Assembly (NCBI GenBank): GCA_051294905.1
Contig: CM119372.1
Location: forward strand, 31,994,001-32,058,000
From: Botryllus schlosseri
Lineage: Eukaryota
Reading direction: 5' to 3'
DNA length: 64,000 nucleotides
The notes below the pieces were generated by a model. It did no database searches and was not told the DNA's origin. It saw nothing but the letters and a program-made list of their open reading frames with translations. Positions 11,942 to 24,100 of the stretch are shown here, piece by piece (position 1 is the first letter of the stretch; each line of letters begins with the position of its first letter). A program made the position numbers and the translations under genes.

Positions 11942-13966
11942 CAGACATGGGGTGATTACTTCAAGAATATAATCGATTGCGATTACGATTACTTCTGATT
12001 CACGCGATTACGATTACGATTACGATTACAGCAAAATCAGGAAGTAGTCGATTACGATTACGATTACATTTGAAAAGTAATCACGATTACTCACGATTAC
12101 ATTTACTTTGCTTCTTAGAACTAATCTTCGAAGATACATTGAAGACAATATAAGGATTGCGTTGAAAAGGCCTAATGAGATAACAACTTTCTCAATAGAT
12201 GATGCGCCATTTGTTACGTCATAATGTACCCAATGCCCAACTTTGCAGGGGACGATTTATCGCTTCCAAAGATTTGCATTCTTGCCAAGTTCGTAACTGC
12301 CGCACCCCAAACTCCCCAATAAGGTGGTGAGCGCGCTTAAAGGGGACTCAAAATTATCTGGTAAAACCAACATAAATTATAAAGTAGATTTATTTAACTG
12401 GAAACTTTTTTTCGGGCTTCGCGATTTAAATGTCTCTGATAGCATGATTTTGAAATGCATGCCTCTCACCCTCATGAAAAATTATGCATAATTTACTGGA
12501 ATAAGCATTTCGGTCCCGGTCATTACCGAGCCACGACATACCAAAAGACAAATGCAGTTTCGGCCAACATACGACTCCAAGAAGTGTATTACTAAAAAAA
12601 GACCTTGGCCAAAACTTTGAGCATGTGTCCAATGTCAATAGCCGCGCTGGGTGTGCGTGACTAATAATCCTATCCTTTAAATCCGAGCCCACAATACAAA
12701 TGCCACCCGGGCCACCCACAGAGGAATAAATAGGCCTACATGGCAATTATTTGTGCGGGCGTCTCACGAAAGTTTTTCTTCTCGTCATCTACGTTTGGGT
12801 GACTGCAATATCTTTTAATGTTATATATAGCAGACCTGCGGTCATGAATTAACAACATACAATGAAGTAATTACAACAACATACCAGATGATATCATTAT
12901 GAATTACGTGCCCCCAGCTGCACTGGTAAATCTATGACTATCGGGGTCTTAGATAGGATTAAAAATGAATAGTAATACGATGCAATTACATGTATTATCG
13001 ACGTTAATTCAGTCGTCAACTTGAAAATTGGCCACCAAATTGGGGCCACTTTGGAGTGCAGGAAGAATTGCTGTTTTGGTCCTCATTCTAGCAGCAACCC
13101 ACGCTAACATGGCATAGAAGCGGATGGCTATGGCGGCAGGTAAAGAATTGCAAAATAACGATTGCCGCCCGTTTCAAGTATCGAGTCAAATGAGAATAAG
13201 ATAAAGTGAACATAAAATTCTGCATTCTACTTAATACAGATACTGCAAGCTGCCGTTACGATAAACGGCAAAGAATGCTATTATGCTGTTATGCTGTTAT
13301 GCTGTTATGATATATATCAGCATCGTGTGGAAATCGTAATGTTAAAATTTCTAATCTTTGCCAGGTGTACCCGTACAATGTACAATTGTACATAAGTACG
13401 TACTATATAGGCCTGCTGCTCGCCAAACACCAACTGACAAACTGCGTCTAACTAAGCATAACTATAAACCATAAACATCAATACATAAGCTACCAGTTGC
13501 AACTACCCAGAATGGTGATTGTTATCCTGCTGCGAGGTATGGCGTCTGGTGTATTGATAACCTGATATATCGCACGCACGCATATATCACGCTACAATGT
13601 ACCGTCTACTCTACGTCGAATATCTATTTACTATGATTGGATACTTCTTACGCAATCATGAGCGAAGCTAATACCTCTGACGTAATAATGAGCAGTGGCG
13701 TTTGTAAATCAGACGTTTGTGCTATCACTAACCTGGTATAATGTATTTTCCTTGTTCACGAATGCTGAGGTTATGTCATAGTCCTTGTACAAATAAAAAG
13801 TAATCGCTCTTTCACAAAGAAATCGATTAGATATAGGAAGTAGTCGATTACGATTACGATTACTTCGGAATTTTTTCGAATGTAATCGATTGCGATTACG
13901 ATTACTCGAAAATGCTGTAATCGTCGTAATCGATTACGATTACTAATCGCGATTACCCCATGTCTG
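11942..13966. mobile_element. hAT non-autonomous element with (GATTAC)n subterminal repeats, nested in 11672-14309
   Basis: TIRs cagacatgggg / ccccatgtctg; TSD ttcgccat (11934-11941, 13967-13974). Confidence 0.85.
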
Positions 13967-14104
13967 TTCGCCATACGACATTTCAATCCCCCAGAAATTA
14001 GGTAAATCCAATCCAAATCCTAATCCGTTCCGAAAAAAATGTCTAATCCAAATCCGACAAAATTTCACAAATCCTGTTTTTTCAAAACCTAATCCTAATC
14101 CATG

Positions 14105-14294
14105 AGAGAGAGAGAGAGAGAGTCTTTATTTTCATCGAACCAAAATACATAACAAACGGCAGTGAATGTGATACAGAAAATATGCATGCACAGTATTCGG
14201 TATTAGATAGGAATGATCGATAAGACCGTGAAGGTCATCTAGTCTGATCACACCAGCATCAAACAGGTACACTTGACTCAGAACAGTGCTCATG
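14105..14294 (-). mobile_element. 5'-truncated non-LTR retroelement (SINE or LINE 3' end) with AATAAA + (TC)n tail
   Basis: Minus strand ends aaaataaagactctctctctc; flanked by ccatg direct repeats; homologous in inverted orientation to ~17207-17381. Confidence 0.7.
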
Positions 14295-14394
14295 CCATGC
14301 TCATCTCTGGTGCATACAGGCGAGTTGGCGTGCATGTGTGAAAAATATACTTTCATCGTTATGCCCCACTGACTTCGTGAGAATCCCCCTGCAG

Positions 14395-14815
14395 CAGAGA
14401 TGAGCATGGATTAGGATTAGGTTTTGAAAAAACAGGATTTGTGAAATTTTGTAGGATTTGGATTGGATTTGGATTAGACATTTTTTTCAGAACGGATTAG
14501 GATTTGGATTGGATTAACCTATTTCCTGGGAGATAGAAATGTCGTGTGGCGAATGGCGACAAACTTTATTCAGATCAGTTATTATTCTACTTATGGTTAC
14601 TACGTTATCTTGAATCAAGTGAATCGTTGGTTGTGAAAGAAAATTTTCGAATCCCTCCATTGCATAAATTAGTATTTTTTCTGAATTTCCAGTTCGAATC
14701 GGATTAGGATTGGACATGGACTTGAATATGGAAAAGTTTTGGATTAGGATTTGGATTTGAAGGTTCGGATTTGGATTGGATTAGGACATGGAAATTTCAA
14801 ATCCGCTCATCTCTG
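14395..14815. mobile_element. Uninterrupted 421-bp cagagatgagc-family hAT MITE, inverted relative to 11672-14309
   Basis: Perfect TIRs; TSD ccctgcag (14387-14394, 14816-14823). Confidence 0.9.
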
Positions 14816-15133
14816 CCCTGCAGTGATCGATCACAAAAGACAGAGAGCAGCTGGATGGATTGGATAGTTGTCTGCAGACTATTTCAATCGATTAGAGAAA
14901 TGAGAACTTCATTCATGTTGGATTGACCCTCGTGATGATAGAGAAAAGCGTCGCGTCCAAACATTTTCTGTAGATAGTGCTGGTGGTGTCTGTGTAAGAA
15001 TCTGACAAGCCAACACTGTTGCCCTACCTCGCCCAGACATTGCTTCATTGATCATTTGCTACCATCGTTTAATTTTTCTTCTATTTTATTTTTTTAACTA
15101 CTGTAATCTTTTTTACAGCCAGACTGTTTAGAG

Positions 15134-17201
15134 CAGTGGTTCTCAACCTTTTTGGCTTTGCGGACCCCTTTTCACCGTGACGGACCTTCGCGGACCCCCT
15201 AAAGCAGTGGTTCCCAACCTTTTTTCACCCACGTACCATTTCGAGGTTTTATACAGTGCTCGCGTACCACCTACATAAGTTGCGCACGCCGAAGGCGATC
15301 GAAAATGTTTCCGTCATTTATGACGTCATAATCACATATTCGACCTATGCCAGGCGTAATAGCAAATGCTATTAAACTAGGCATTATCAGCGAGGGTTGA
15401 TGGGATGCATGGAATTGTTTTTTCACCATCAGTCACAAGAAGAACAACATAATGAAATAACAGCAAACGTCAATTTATTTAATGCGATGGCTGCATTTGT
15501 TTATTTTCCACTGACACGGTGGTTCTTAAACTCTTTTAGACACGCCCCCTTTTATGATAGTCAAAAATTCCGCGCCCCCCTTATCGTCATATCACAAAAT
15601 GCAACCAGAATGCTAGCAATCCCAGCGAAATATTTGATGACATGGAAGTAAACAAGTTAACAGTTAACAAGAGAATTCTCCAAATATGCAATTAGGACTA
15701 CACACAGCAGAAACAATGAAATATGGATAAATCGCGCGGAGCGCGAAAAATTTTGGCAATTGACATATTTTTGCTTGCTGACAGCACATCGAAGTCATTC
15801 TTCGACTTGATAGTCACCAGATATGAAAATCCCTGCTCGCACTACCACGTAGAAGGGAAAATTAGCAGCTGGTGAATAGCGTGAGAAGCTAGAGTCGATT
15901 ACGAGGAAGCCATGCTAAGCCTGACGTTTATTGGAGATCAATCTTTGTGTTCAATCCCACCTGAACTAATACCTCCCTTTGGTCGAAAAAAAAAACAGAA
16001 TCTACTCGTGTACCACCTGGAAGACCTCCGCGTACCACTAGTGGTACGCGTACCGCAGGTTGGGAACCACTGCCCTAAAGTTTTAGTTCAAATTTGGTAC
16101 AATTATGGTGCGACCGTCATCTGTCTTGTGCAAATATAAACTGTAGGCTTGTGATAAACAGCAACTAAATGACTTTTCTTGAAAATAACACTATACTATT
16201 TATGTAGAGATTGGGTAGACTTTTATTATTTAGCTAATTTTGCAGCGATATTTCTTGAAGTAAGTGGTGATATGAACGAGTGCTGAGAATCCCTTTCCAC
16301 AAAGATGGATGGAGGCTAATGTATTAACCAGTAACGCTTCAGACGACACTTGGTGTGCTCGCAACATTTATCGCACCATGATGAAGAAACATATTTTTAA
16401 TGAACATATCACGTCCAGCTTACTCATTTTAATCTAGCATTTCATCTTGAAGTTATTCTGGAACAGTGGCTATGTTAGTAATATTATTATTATCACAACA
16501 CACGACGTTGGTGCTTATAGCCTATTTTAGGGCTTTGTGCTCCACGACAGGATATATTTCACGCAGTTCGATGTATTTTTTCAAGGTCAATTTCTCTTGC
16601 ACTCTCAAAGTCTATTTATCTTCCAGGCTTTCATCAGTTCTTTTGCCGTAAAATTTCAGCTCGACTCACTGTCATTTCTGGGCTTTTTAAGTCACTGCAA
16701 GTGGTTATGTATATCACAGGATAAATGGATTTCGTGGCGAGGTTTCAATCTCTTTTTTGGAAAAAAATAGGAAAACTACTTCGAGTTTTTTATTTCATAC
16801 TACTGTTCACTAATTTGATGACACCGACAACTTTAAATCATAATAATTCTCAAACATTTGCGAAGTCAACCTGGTTGACATTACTATCTCCCTATTTTAA
16901 TTTTTTTCCACAAAGCCCAACAAAACGTCTATAAACAGCAATATGTTTGTATCAGTATTGGCGATTTGGCAATAAAAATGAATGTTCATAGTAAGATATT
17001 TCATGTCAGAAGATTATTCTGATGATGCGAGTTATGAGGGTTTACCAGTTGTGGAGGAAATCTGCCTTATGCTTTCTCTAATTTAAAAACAAAGTAAAAA
17101 TTAGGTTATCAATCATTTTGTAAATTAAAAGGTCTCGCGGACCCCCTGAAATTGCTTCGCGGACCCCCAGGGGTCCGCGGACCCCCGGTTGAGAACCACT
17201 G
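15134..17201. mobile_element. hAT MITE (cagtggttctcaacc TIR) inserted into a retroelement 3' region
   Basis: TSD gtttagag (15126-15133, 17202-17209); gcggacccc subterminal repeats. Confidence 0.85.
15205..16072. mobile_element. hAT MITE nested in 15134-17201
   Basis: TIRs cagtggttcccaacc / ggttgggaaccactg; TSD ccctaaag (15197-15204, 16073-16080). Confidence 0.85.
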
Positions 17202-17381
17202 GTTTAGAGTCAAGTGTACCTGTTTGATGCTGATGTGATCAGACTATAGATGACCTTCACGGTCTTATCGATCATTCCTATCTTTTACCGAATACTGTGC
17301 AAGCATATTTTCTGTACCACCATCACTGCCGTGTGTTAGGTATTTTGGTTGGATGAAAATAAAGACTCTCTCTCTCTCTCT
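17202..17381 (+). mobile_element. 3' end of a non-LTR retroelement with (TC)n tail
   Basis: Ends gaaaataaagactctctctctctctctc; same family as 14105-14294. Confidence 0.65.
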
Positions 17382-18299
17382 CCAAGGCTCGGTACGAACA
17401 GAGCGAAATATACCAGTTGTATGAAGTCAGCTGACTGAGGCCTGAGGAGGGGCCACCATGATAGGTAATATTCGAGCATAGAGTGCAAGAAAATCAAGCA
17501 AAAGTAGAGTAAAGCCAACAGTTGATACGAAAATGTTTGATTCCATGATGGCATGGGCCAATTCTGACGCAAGAGCGTAAAATATTGATCAATTGTTGAA
17601 TTGCCGGTCATGGTCAAGGCCCAAGGGGATGGGTGAAGCAGTAGCAGACGTGAACAATTGGTGTTGTTTTGCGCATTCTCTTCAGCCATTTGTTAATGAT
17701 GTGCTGAAGGCTCCAGGTGCAGTGCCAGAAGAATATCAATATTTGGTGGAACCATTGAAGGAAAGATCCCCTGCAAGGGAGCGGTGGAGCAGAAATGAAG
17801 AAAGATTTCCGATTCTTGCTGTACCACTAACTATGGTACCAAGTGAAAGACTGCTCACTGTGTTTAGTACTATATATATAATTTAGGAAGACCACAGAAG
17901 TTCACTCCTTGGAGAAAGGGCCGAGAAATTGTGATTCGTGAACTGTAATCTGCAACTGCTAGACTGGTGCTATTGATATATTTTATAGCCCCATGATCAT
18001 TTATTTCATGTTCAAGCATAGCAATGACTGTAAAGTTGTTGAAATAAATACTCTGAGGTGTTAAAAACATGGGCCTTGAGCTAGATTCCATATCTTTTGA
18101 ATATCGGCTGAATATATCGGGGTTATCGGTGAAGGTACTGGATATCGGTTTTATCGGTATCGGCTCAGAAATCCAATATCGGTCGGGCTCTAATCTAGAG
18201 TCTGTAAGCCGTCAGTAACATGGGATGCCGCGACGAAGACATAGGTGCCGCTGTACCGGCTTGTGACGACATAATGAATACTTGTCAATTGCCAATAAC

Positions 18300-18816
18300 T
18301 AGGGCTGGGCAAAATCGAGTACCTGAGTGATTCGAATCTGAATCACGTATTAGACGTCGAGTCGAGTATTCGAGTATCACTCATGATGACGTCACAACAG
18401 AATGTACAACGTCCAATTTCAAATATGTACCTTTTATGCCACCACAAAGAATATAATGCCTTTTAACCATCACAATAAAGATATTTTGGTATTTTTTTTC
18501 GACCATACCGATTTCATTGTACTTCTTGACAATGTTGTGGGATGATTATGACTTCAGAAATGTATTGTTTCCGGTAACGTTCGTAGCTTTGTACTATGTC
18601 TGGTATGCTGCGACACGGCCAATCAAGGGTTCAAGGCTTCCTCAATGGAAAATAGTATCAAAACTATAATTCTAGTTAGTAAATTAACTTTCAGTTGCGA
18701 CGAGCGTATAATTTCAGTACTCGAAAAAATCATATTTTACTACTCGACTCGAATCATTAAAATTACTACTCGATTCAGATTCGAGTAGCCTACTCGAATC
18801 ATTGTGCCCAGCCCTA
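18300..18816. mobile_element. hAT-type MITE
   Basis: TIRs tagggctgggca / tgcccagcccta; tcgagta subterminal repeats; TSD degenerate (ccaataac / tcgataac). Confidence 0.7.
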
Positions 18817-20249
18817 TCGATAACATCGTAGTTGCACTAGAACGCACTTTACTCCGTGCCATTGCTGTGTACAGCATTAAAATTCTGATGCGGCGTTTTA
18901 ACACTGGCACTGTACTCGTTAACATTAATTAAGCCATACAGCTCAATTCAATTTTTAAATGTGCGATTATTATTCAACTGTAACTGTAGTAAGAGCCATA
19001 TGGGCGGATATAACGACGTGATCAATAGAAATTGGATTTGTAACAAATGGCCAATGGTTTGACGTTCGATATTGGTGCACTCGTTATCAGTCCATCCGGT
19101 GTCGATCAAGTTCATCTGAATATAATATTTTCCGGTTGAAACAAATCGAATAGTCGAATTAAACACTGTGCCATGCACATTGCGCCATGCACATAGCGAA
19201 TTAAACTATGCAGTATGCACATTGCACATTTACAAGTCACAGTGCGCGATAATCCGTGAATACTAGAGTATTAAGCAGACATCAAGAATGAATTAACGAA
19301 ACAGATGATTACAAATTGGAAATCGCGTATCTAATCAGTAATTTGTCTCCAACATAATATACCACGGGGTTTTGAACGACGATGATGCGCAGTAATGAAT
19401 TCCAATTAGCATGCATAATTGCATACTCAATAACACTGTCCAATTTCGCGGCCCGATTAAAGAACTATCACGAAAGAACGAGTATTTCCTCATCCGATTC
19501 ATAGCAACGATAAGCTGGAATTTCTCGGCTCGTGCTCGTCATGTCGACATGTGCAACGAAATCACGTTTTTATCCTTTCTCCCGTTTCGCGTAATACATA
19601 GTGATCATTATTTTCGAACCGTATACAATTGGCCTACAAGGTTGTGCTGATGATTAAATTGCGGGTATGCCGAATACCCACAATATTCACAGGCATATTT
19701 CGCATACCGAGGTTCGGCACTCATGTATGAAAATTGAACATTGAACATATGACTGCTCTTCTGTTAAATCCCCAGTAACATGGTTAGTCGGAAAAGGTAG
19801 CGCCAAAGAGGAAAAGATTCTTAATTTCGCGAACGCCTGCTATTGAATTATGTGAACTCAGCAGATATGGTTGTTGCATGTATAATAGCATCTTATGAAA
19901 TACGTCGGAGCTGGAGCTACCCCTAATATAACTGGCTCCGGCTCCGGCTGAATTTTATGTAGAGCTCCGGCTCCAGCAAAAATGCACGGCTCCGGCTCCG
20001 TCTCCAAAGCCCTGGTCCACACCATATAGGACACCATGGTGTGGGTTTTTAATGAACGTTTCACGTTCAGCCTAGTCATTTCTATCCAGCATCTCATCTT
20101 GAAGTTATTTGGTGGTTATATATCACTGGAGAAAATGGATTTCGTGGCACCGTTTCAATTCCTTCATTGGGACAGATTAGGATAAGAATTCAGGAATTTA
20201 TATTTCAAACGACTGTTTACTAATTTGCTGAGACTGACAACTCCAAACC

Positions 20250-20862
20250 GAGCGAGGTAGATGTTGTTCGACTCGACCGAAGAGTCATTGGCTGGTGACA
20301 TCGCAATGCGTGCGTTCACGCCGGTGAAGAACGAAGTCGGTGACGTGATATCCTACACTGTCACCATTCGAAACAAGGCACAATTCAACCATGTGCTTGA
20401 TTGTGTTGCTGCAGCTCTCCGCTTTCGTCAGGTTGCAAAGGTCGTGCGATCTTATCGAGAAAATTTGACTGCTGCTGCGAAAGTACGCACCATATCGCCG
20501 GTAGAAGCCTCGAACATGTCGCGTATTGCATGTGCGATTGGTTTGCAGACGATGTCTGAAATCATGAAAGCTCCGTGGGCATTCTTCATTGGCTCGTGTG
20601 GAAGCAGACTTCTCCTTCATCAACTACCGCAAAGACGACTTCAACTCTGCACTCTCTGATTTTTCTCTTGAAGGAGTGTTGTTTGCTCGGCGTGTTTACG
20701 CGAGTAGTGCATTCTACGATATTTTTCCTTACAAAACCAGTGCTTTCAATGCTTTTGGATTTCTATGGGGTGCGATATTTGCGATATATTAAGGGCTCCA
20801 ATCCGCGATATTTTAAGTGTTATATATCGCAATATCGGATTGCGATATACTAAATCGGCCTG
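20250..20862 (+). pseudogene. Internally deleted hAT-like transposase remnant with right terminus
   Basis: YTVTIRNKAQFNHVLDCVAAALRFRQV...RIACAIGLQTMSEIMKAPWAF is joined by a frameshift to ARVEADFSFINYRKDDFNSALSDFSLEGVLFARR; gcgatat subterminal repeats; ends aatcggcctg. Confidence 0.65.
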
Positions 20863-20892
20863 ACCATGATGACTAATTGAGCCAGCCCGTGA

Positions 20893-20900
20893 AATATAAA
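20893..20900 (+). promoter_or_regulatory. Candidate TATA box of the micro-exon gene
   Basis: aatataaa about 40 nt upstream of a donor gaa|gtacgt (~20937). An acceptor cacacag| at 21066 lies just before the ATG at 21077, suggesting a short non-coding first exon. Confidence 0.35.
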
Positions 20901-21076
20901 CACATGATGCCGCGTTACAACACATTCGCGGGCGAAGTACGTATCGGATCTGAACTACACGCAACGGAATGAACGCGTGTTATATCCCCAACGCACATCC
21001 TCGACAAGAGAAATTAGTACCGATATCGTGTCGTTCGCACATTTCACATCATACTTCACCACACAGGTCTCACGTG

Positions 21077-21182
21077 ATGGTACAGTGGAATAGACGGTTT
21101 CTGCTGTTTCAGCTTTGCTGCTCAGTAATATTGCAGCGTGCACTTGCAGGAGTGGTAGAAGAACTTTTAAATGCAGGAAAAG
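21077..21182 (+). CDS. First coding exon with signal peptide (MVQWNRRFLLFQLCCSVILQRALA/GVVEELLNAGK)
   Basis: Basic n-region, hydrophobic core and ALA cleavage motif; phase-1 donor aaag|gtaata. Confidence 0.7.
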
Positions 21183-24100
21183 GTAATAAGCATTGCCCTC
21201 TTTGCAAGGGAATTTAAAGGAACTCGTGACACGTATGCCTATTATGCCTACTCTCTTTGCAACCTGGTATACGAAAGCAGATCAGCCTCGGAACAGAGTA
21301 AACGCGGTATGCCAAAGCTGTAGCCGCGCGTGATTGAAACTTGAAGTCAGGTTTCAAGAGGTGTTAAGCATTAGCATTGCGGCAAGCTCATTCAAACGCA
21401 AGATAATTCAGCTCTCTACTCCAGTGTGATCGATTAGCAATTTCAATTGTTGCGCCTTGAAAATACAGGTTCAAGTTATTGTTTTAGTATACATGGTTTT
21501 TTGACTGCATTGATCATTTTATAGCGGGCTTTTGTTTTTCATTACGTTTCCTGAGCTTCCGACGATTTAGCAAGGCCCACTGTCGTTCTAAACCAGTGGT
21601 TCTCAACCGGGGGTCTGCGAAACCTCCAAGTTTGAACAATGTGTGATAGCTTAATTTCTCTTTTTTTAATTAGAGAAATCGCGAAGCAGTTTCGCTTCAT
21701 AACTGCTAAAACTTCAGGACTCACATAAACAGAATGGCAGTCTGAGATGGAATATTCTACTGTGGAAACTCATTTTAATTGCCAAATGGTCAATAGCCTA
21801 CTGATACAAACATCTTGCTGTTTAGAGATGTTTTGTTGTGGTTTCGGAATAAATTCGCTCGCATCCATTTTCTCCTGAGATATACATAACCGCTATTCCA
21901 GAATAACTTCAAGATAAGCTGCTATATAGAAATGACTATGCTGGACGTTATATTGGTTGCATGTATCTTGCGATCAGACCTAAAGGTGTCGTCGGAAGCG
22001 TTACGCGTTATTATTACATTCGCCACCACCTATATTTGTGCAAATTAATGGATTTACGGCACTCGTTCATGTCAAATCGACGGCGCGGATTTCCGAGACA
22101 CGGCAGTGTATTTCAAGAAATGCAGTCACAGAATTCGCTTTGAAATAAAAAAAACGTATTCCCAATTTCTACATAAATAGTGTGATATTAATTTCAAGAA
22201 AGGTCATTTTGTTGCTGGTTATCACTAGCCTACAGTTAATATTTGCGCAGGAAATATGACGGTTCTACGATAATACAGTTGAATTTCAACTAAAACTAGG
22301 GGTCTGCGGGGTCCGTGACGGTCCAAAGGGGGTCTGCGCAGACAAAAAAGTTTGAAAACCACTGTTTTAAACTTTTCCAAGGCACTGCTTACACTGGTAA
22401 GAAGGAGCCTAAATATGAGTCTAGATCTCATGCGAACACGTAACTCACGGTGTCGCAGCTGTGGGACGTATCACCAAGTCATCCTTCCACAACTGGAGGA
22501 TCAGGCAAACTAATCAGTAAAGCAGTCAGGAGCAAATATTATTATACCATTTCATATTATTTTCAACTTGTATTTATTCGCGCAGCTCCGAACAAACAAG
22601 CGGATGATGTTCATGGCTTTCGTCCTGACGGTGAGATCTCTGAAACCAAGCGTAGCGACACTTTCACGTGACCCCTGTGCTTTTTACTAAGTTTCAGCAC
22701 AACGGGCCGTGATGCAAGGAAATAGCAATTTGGAAGTGCCATCGTTTCCTCGGGAACCAGGTCAGTAATGCAGTTACCGATATTCATAGCACCGTCAATA
22801 TTAAAATGCCGCATAACTTGCATGTGTGCATTCGCATAAAATGATTAGAGAAGGAGATCAAATCGGTGACCACGAATGTTCAAGTTAATATCATAAAAAA
22901 GTTTTATACATGCGTTCCAAAGTCTTCATGTGTGTAATTGCTTTTGACGAGTAATATTCTGATGTGAACATACTGCTTTGGTACTCAAGAAATACCAAGA
23001 CCATTCCATCCGCCAATCGATAGTTCAAGAAACAATGAATTCATGGCGGGAGGACTCGTTATGAGACCAGGGACGGGTAAGTTTCGTTTGATTCGATGTA
23101 AACTTTCATGAATCAATTAAAAAATCAGAACAATCATATGTTCGTATAAAATGGCGTTTAGACATCTGTAAAAGAAATGATATTGTTGAGCCCCATGTAA
23201 AGTTTCGAGATGATTGTTGAGACTTTAACCTACACGCATTTTATATAAATCCGAACAATTTTGCGATATTGCTGTTTCTGCAGTGAAATTTATTTGACTA
23301 ATTCTATGATATTGCGTAATCTATCGCTCCACAATTACCGAATATAGTAATGAAGCTGTTAATAATATTCATAGCACCGTGAATTTTAAAATACCGCATA
23401 ACCTGAATGTTGTCATTAGCATAAAATAACTATAGTCTTGATGCTACTGTATTCACAAAATCAACATACTTTCTGCTTTCACCCCGCACATTATTGAAGG
23501 TGATATCAGAATAGAATAGACCAAATCAGTGACCCAGAAATGACTTGCTGACTTGCATCTCTGGCTTGAGTGTTCATAAGGATTGCAATTGATGTTGAAG
23601 AGCCGTTTTCTGCCCAAAGGTTACTGTTTTGGTATTCAGATATAACAGGCAGGTTGGATCCGCAAATCGAAAGTTCAAGGAACAATGAGTTCATGGCGGG
23701 AGGACACCCTATCAACCCCGGCACAGGTACGTTTCATTTGCTTTCATGTAAAATGTGAAGAATTTGACCCTATAAATCTAGCAATACTTTGGTTGCTGTA
23801 GTGAAAGTAATTTAAGAGGTAATTTTATGTTATGGAAATACAGTAACGAAAACAAAATAAATACTATCACAGAATATGACTTCCACCTCCTGTTTCTGTA
23901 CTCTACAGTAGTGATGGTGTGAACCTTTGAAAGGTTCAGGTTCGTGTGAACGCGAACCTTTTTGAAAAGTTCTGTGTGAATATTATATTGCGTGTATGCG
24001 TACTGACATATTGCTAATTTCAATCCTACATCTCCGTGAATTGATATTTTCATGTACACGATACCTAGCGACGATCCGGGCCACATAATGCCACAATGCG

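Larger units (their letters stand above)
11672..14309. mobile_element. hAT MITE, cagagatgagc-TIR family (ccaatcc/ggatt subterminal repeats), interrupted by two insertions
   Basis: TIRs cagagatgagc / gctcatctctg; TSD gtgcatac (11664-11671, 14310-14317). Confidence 0.85.
11462..18192 (+). mobile_element. Outer hAT element hosting a nest of younger insertions; transposase dimerisation-domain remnant near 17740-17950
   Basis: TIRs tagaggccgaccgat / atcggtcgggctcta; TSD atctagag (11454-11461, 18193-18200); remnant WSRNEERFPILA...VPSERL. Confidence 0.85.

Noticed and set aside
11960..12110. (GATTAC)n arrays, and gactcgagtc arrays at 53000-53160 and 54840-55020, as CRISPR-like or telomeric repeats
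   Set aside because: No repeat-spacer periodicity; they are subterminal repeats inside TIR/TSD-bounded hAT elements in a eukaryotic genome.
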